64,000 nucleotides of DNA, from the NCBI RefSeq assembly GCF_963921235.1, contig NC_086097.1, positions 196,046,001 to 196,110,000 on the forward strand. The letters are read 5' to 3'. Origin of the DNA: Mobula hypostoma. Taxonomy: Eukaryota. Shown here piece after piece: positions 62,688 through 64,000 of the stretch. Under the pieces are notes generated by a model. That model made no database searches and was not told where the DNA came from. It worked only from the letters and a program-made list of their open reading frames with translations. How positions within the stretch are numbered: the stretch's first letter is position 1; the number at the start of each line of letters is the position of its first letter. The position numbers and the translations under genes were made by a program.

Positions 62688-63226
62688 TATCATCTTCTTC
62701 GGCTGTCTATCGATTTCGATGTGACTGAACATGCCTTGCACAGTAATAAGGCAGACGGTGTCATGCCCCCACCATACAGTCTCTCTGGGCTTTCAAATCT
62801 GATGCTAAGTGGTACACAGGAGTGCAACAGACTGAGCGGATAAGGAAGCTGCCCCGCAGTGACAACTAACCAGTCTAGTGATGCCATCCGTTGACCAGCA
62901 CTCTGGTTCTTCCACATGCCACCAAGGTGGCTGTACCATTGACCCTTTTGGATTCATCTGCCACAGACACCATCAGACGCCCTGCTGCCGGCGTCCTCGT
63001 TGGGTGCAGCTTTTGCCTGAAGAGGCGTAACCTACAAAGTAGCAAAGGCATGCTTACCTCCTTGACTTAGCTAGCCACAATCCTACTACTAGATCTAGTC
63101 TAGTAGTATACCGATGGAACATCACCTTCATGGCTAGGTTAGACCTGCCAGAGAATGAATCTCTGCCGTACTTCGCCGATGTTTGGCCAGTGTCACTCCT
63201 ACACCACGGTGAGGTGCCAAGGTAGG
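62688..63226 (-). mobile_element. Short RTE-like non-autonomous element with a structured 5' leader and gaagaagatgat tail
   Basis: Minus strand starts ggcacctcaccgtggtgtaggagtg..ggcagag-attcatt-ctctggcaggtctaacctagcc and ends gacagccgaagaagatgat. Confidence 0.5.
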
Positions 63227-63244
63227 ATTTTGTAGCATTGCTTA

Positions 63245-64000
63245 TAGGTAGAGGGTGATGGTAGATAGACCATGTTCTGCCTAGTGGTCCATGGCTAGTG
63301 CTGTCTTGGGACCCCTGCTCTTTTTATAAGTGACTTACATGAGGAAGTGGAAGGGTGGGTTAGATAGTTTGCAGATGGCACAAAGATTGGTGGTGTTGCG
63401 GATACTACAGAAGGTTGTTGTTGTAGGTTACAAGATATTCACAGGATGCAGAGCAGGACTAATAAGGGTCAGAGAGAGTTCAATCTGGGAAAGTGTGAAG
63501 CGATAGACTTTGGAAGGCAAATTATAAAGTTAATGGCAAAATTCTTCGAAGGAACAGAGGGATTTTAGGGTCCAAGTCCATAGATTCCTCAAAGTTGCTG
63601 CACAATTTGATAGAATGGTTAAGAAGGCATATGCTGTTTGACCTTCATTAGTCAGGGCATTGAGTTCAAGTGACATGAGGTTACATTGCAGCTCTATAAT
63701 ATATTGTTTACACTTACAATTGTAATATTATGTTCAATTCTGGTTGCCTCATTATAGGAAGGACATGGAAGCTTTAGACAGAGTGTGAAGGAGATCTACC
63801 TAGATGCTGCCTGAATTGGAGAGCAGGTTTTATGAAGAAAGATTGAGTAAGCTAGGGCTTTTCTCTTTGGAGCGAAGGAGAATGAGAGGACACTTGATAG
63901 ACGTGTATAAGATAATAAGAGGCATAGATAGAGTGGGCAGCCTACACCTATTTCCCAGGGCAGCAATGTCTCATATGAGAGGCCATATTTTTAACGTGAT
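63245..64000 (+). mobile_element. CR1 3' part, degraded, runs off the window
   Basis: FADGTKIGG, QFWLPHYRKD and RMRGHLIDVYKI motifs. Confidence 0.85.

Overview
Repeat-rich vertebrate genomic DNA, most likely a cartilaginous fish (inferred from HE1-type V-SINEs, shark-type DeuSINE relics and the CR1/Rex1/Penelope families; not proven). Two host genes lie head-to-head. Thymidylate synthase (TYMS) exons 1-4 are on the minus strand (16047 to 742; later exons are off the left edge). A probable first exon of COLEC12 is on the plus strand (TATA at 44203, coding ATGAAAG|gtaggt at 44651-44657). No intact CLUL1 is recognisable in the ~28 kb between them. The TYMS promoter is a 52-bp tandem array of GC-box plus CCAAT units that ends in an expanded polypyrimidine tract. 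The rest is mostly nested mobile DNA: many CR1 and Rex1/Babar LINE fragments, an ORF1-only internally deleted CR1, Penelope-like elements with minimal hammerhead ribozyme motifs, a decayed two-LTR endogenous retrovirus with a tRNA-Ser primer-binding site, RTE-derived elements, SINEs, and Tc1/mariner/Tigger/hAT relics. Nearly all entries in the ORF track are transposon fragments or low-complexity artefacts. Repeat boundaries were read by eye and are approximate; family assignments come from recalled motifs, not database searches.
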